A stretch of 64,000 nucleotides of DNA, from NCBI GenBank assembly GCA_023920165.1, contig CP089276.1, positions 2,480,001 through 2,544,000 on the forward strand. The letters run 5' to 3'. Each line of letters opens with the position of its first letter. Within the stretch, counting starts at the first letter, position 1. This document shows, one piece after another, positions 62,848 through 64,000 of this stretch. The notes below the pieces were generated by a model. That model made no database searches and was not told where the DNA came from. It worked only from the letters and a program-made list of their open reading frames with translations. The DNA comes from Curvularia clavata. Its lineage: Eukaryota. Made by a program: the position numbers and the translations under genes.

Positions 62848-63260
62848 GGTAATATACTATAAAGTTAGCTAGACTTAGCTAATAGTAGTGGTTTAATAGA
62901 CTACATGGTATAGTAAATAGTATAAATAGTAACTAGTAGTAGCTCTACTAGCTTTATTATGCTTATAGCTGATAAGTAGAAAGTAAAGTAGAAGAAGAAA
63001 AAAAACTAGCTTACTCTCGACTAGCTAGCGTAGTGAAGGGTATATATAGTAATAGTATTACTATTTTATAGCTTATTAAGTCTGCAGTCTAGCAGCAAGA
63101 AGTAGAAAGAAAGTAAAAAGTTAAAAAAGAGCAAGAGGTGAGGCAGTAGGCCAAAGTGGCGCAGCCGACAGCCGAGTCAGCCCATGGGTGGCGCAGCCGA
63201 CAGCCGAGTCAGCCCATGGGTGGCGTAGGTGGCGGCTGAGTTATGCTTTTGGGCCTGTAA
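62848..63260 (+). mobile_element. RIP-mutated fragment, possibly the end of a DNA transposon, with a 32-bp tandem repeat at 63156-63228
   Basis: Abrupt switch to TpA-rich sequence at ~62848. GTGGCGCAGCCGACAGCCGAGTCAGCCCATGG x2 plus partial; segment ends ...GGGCCTG TA. No partner end in the window. Confidence 0.4.
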
Positions 63261-63343
63261 CCTTACACTACTGAATTCTTTTTTATATAGTGCTTAATAT
63301 TTTAAGGCAAGTAGATAGAGAGAGTAAATATAATAGAAGTTAG

Positions 63344-63552
63344 TGTTAGACTGTTAGTGGCGTGAAGGTACAGCACGAGATAGATGAGAGAGAACTATGC
63401 TTTAACAGCCATGTATTCACGAGACGAATCGCTATCGAGCACCTCTAGCGATCGTGGAGGCTTTATAGCCTTAGGTAAGCCCTAGCTGACTAACTAGCGT
63501 GAAGAAGGAGGGAATTGGACCAACATGTCCCAATTTGGACCAGGTCCTGACA
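63344..63552 (+). mobile_element. Solo LTR, family C
   Basis: TGTTAGACTG...CCTGACA flanked by TSD GTTAG (63339-63343, 63553-63557); homologous to 5730-5937. Confidence 0.88.
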
Positions 63553-64000
63553 GTTAGTGAGATAGTATCTCATAGAGTATTCATAGATTATAATATCTTT
63601 CTAATTAAAAACTATTTAAGTAGGTATAAATATAAGTGTAGTCAAGCTAAAATATAGAGAAGGCGCTTTGCACGCCCGGCACAAGGCATAGAACGAGCGT
63701 AAGAGGTGAGGTGTTGGCTATAAGGCAAGAAACACAGATACTTCACTCAATAATTTTATCGTAATGGTGAACTTTAAAGCTGTCGTGCTAGTACGATATG
63801 CAATGATAATACCAACCCACCCCACATTATCAAATACCTGTTTGCCTCTAGCGTCCTTGCGCCACAAATATTACTCCTCAAGCTGACTCTCCCACCGATC
63901 GACGCCAATACTTAGTCAAACTCACCAGAAGGACTATGCATAGCATAAAATACATGTGAAGATCGCATTTTGAAGGGGATTATATCGAGCTATCTCAGAG

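Overview
Fungal genomic DNA (filamentous ascomycete; Pleosporales-like by inference from gene and transposon types). Housekeeping genes flank a ~34 kb AT-rich island at ~5.0-39.3 kb that has been mutated by RIP (repeat-induced point mutation). Left of the island is a head-to-head CCT4/RPT1 pair. Right of it are an MFS pump, a Zn2Cys6 regulator, an unknown gene, a NAPE-PLD-like hydrolase, RNase T2, a Mis18/Yippee-like protein and a REX1-like exonuclease. The island resolves into a nest with every target-site duplication (TSD) readable. A Ty3/Gypsy element A1 (11478-38931, TSD GGTAG) splits a fungal-kinase (FunK1) pseudogene. A1 contains a hAT DNA transposon (13163-19603, TSD GTTGCTAT), a second Gypsy family B (19944-27139, TSD GTAGT), a B solo LTR (31366-31636, TSD TCTAT) and an inverted second A copy (31992-38749, TSD CTTAT). 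Highlights missed by the ORF track: (1) the hAT carries two cargo genes, one a spliced histone H3-like gene with CenH3-like features; (2) a tandem TTATCACAG-like motif recurs in introns of all three hAT genes and near both ends; (3) both Gypsy families carry an antisense Cys-cluster (Zn2Cys6-like) gene between pol and the 3' LTR; (4) A1 and A2 are mosaics with swapped RT/RNaseH and integrase-core segments; (5) family B shows a tRNA-independent self-priming signature. All translations and alignments were done by eye and no database searches were run; 'de-RIP' reconstructions are inference.
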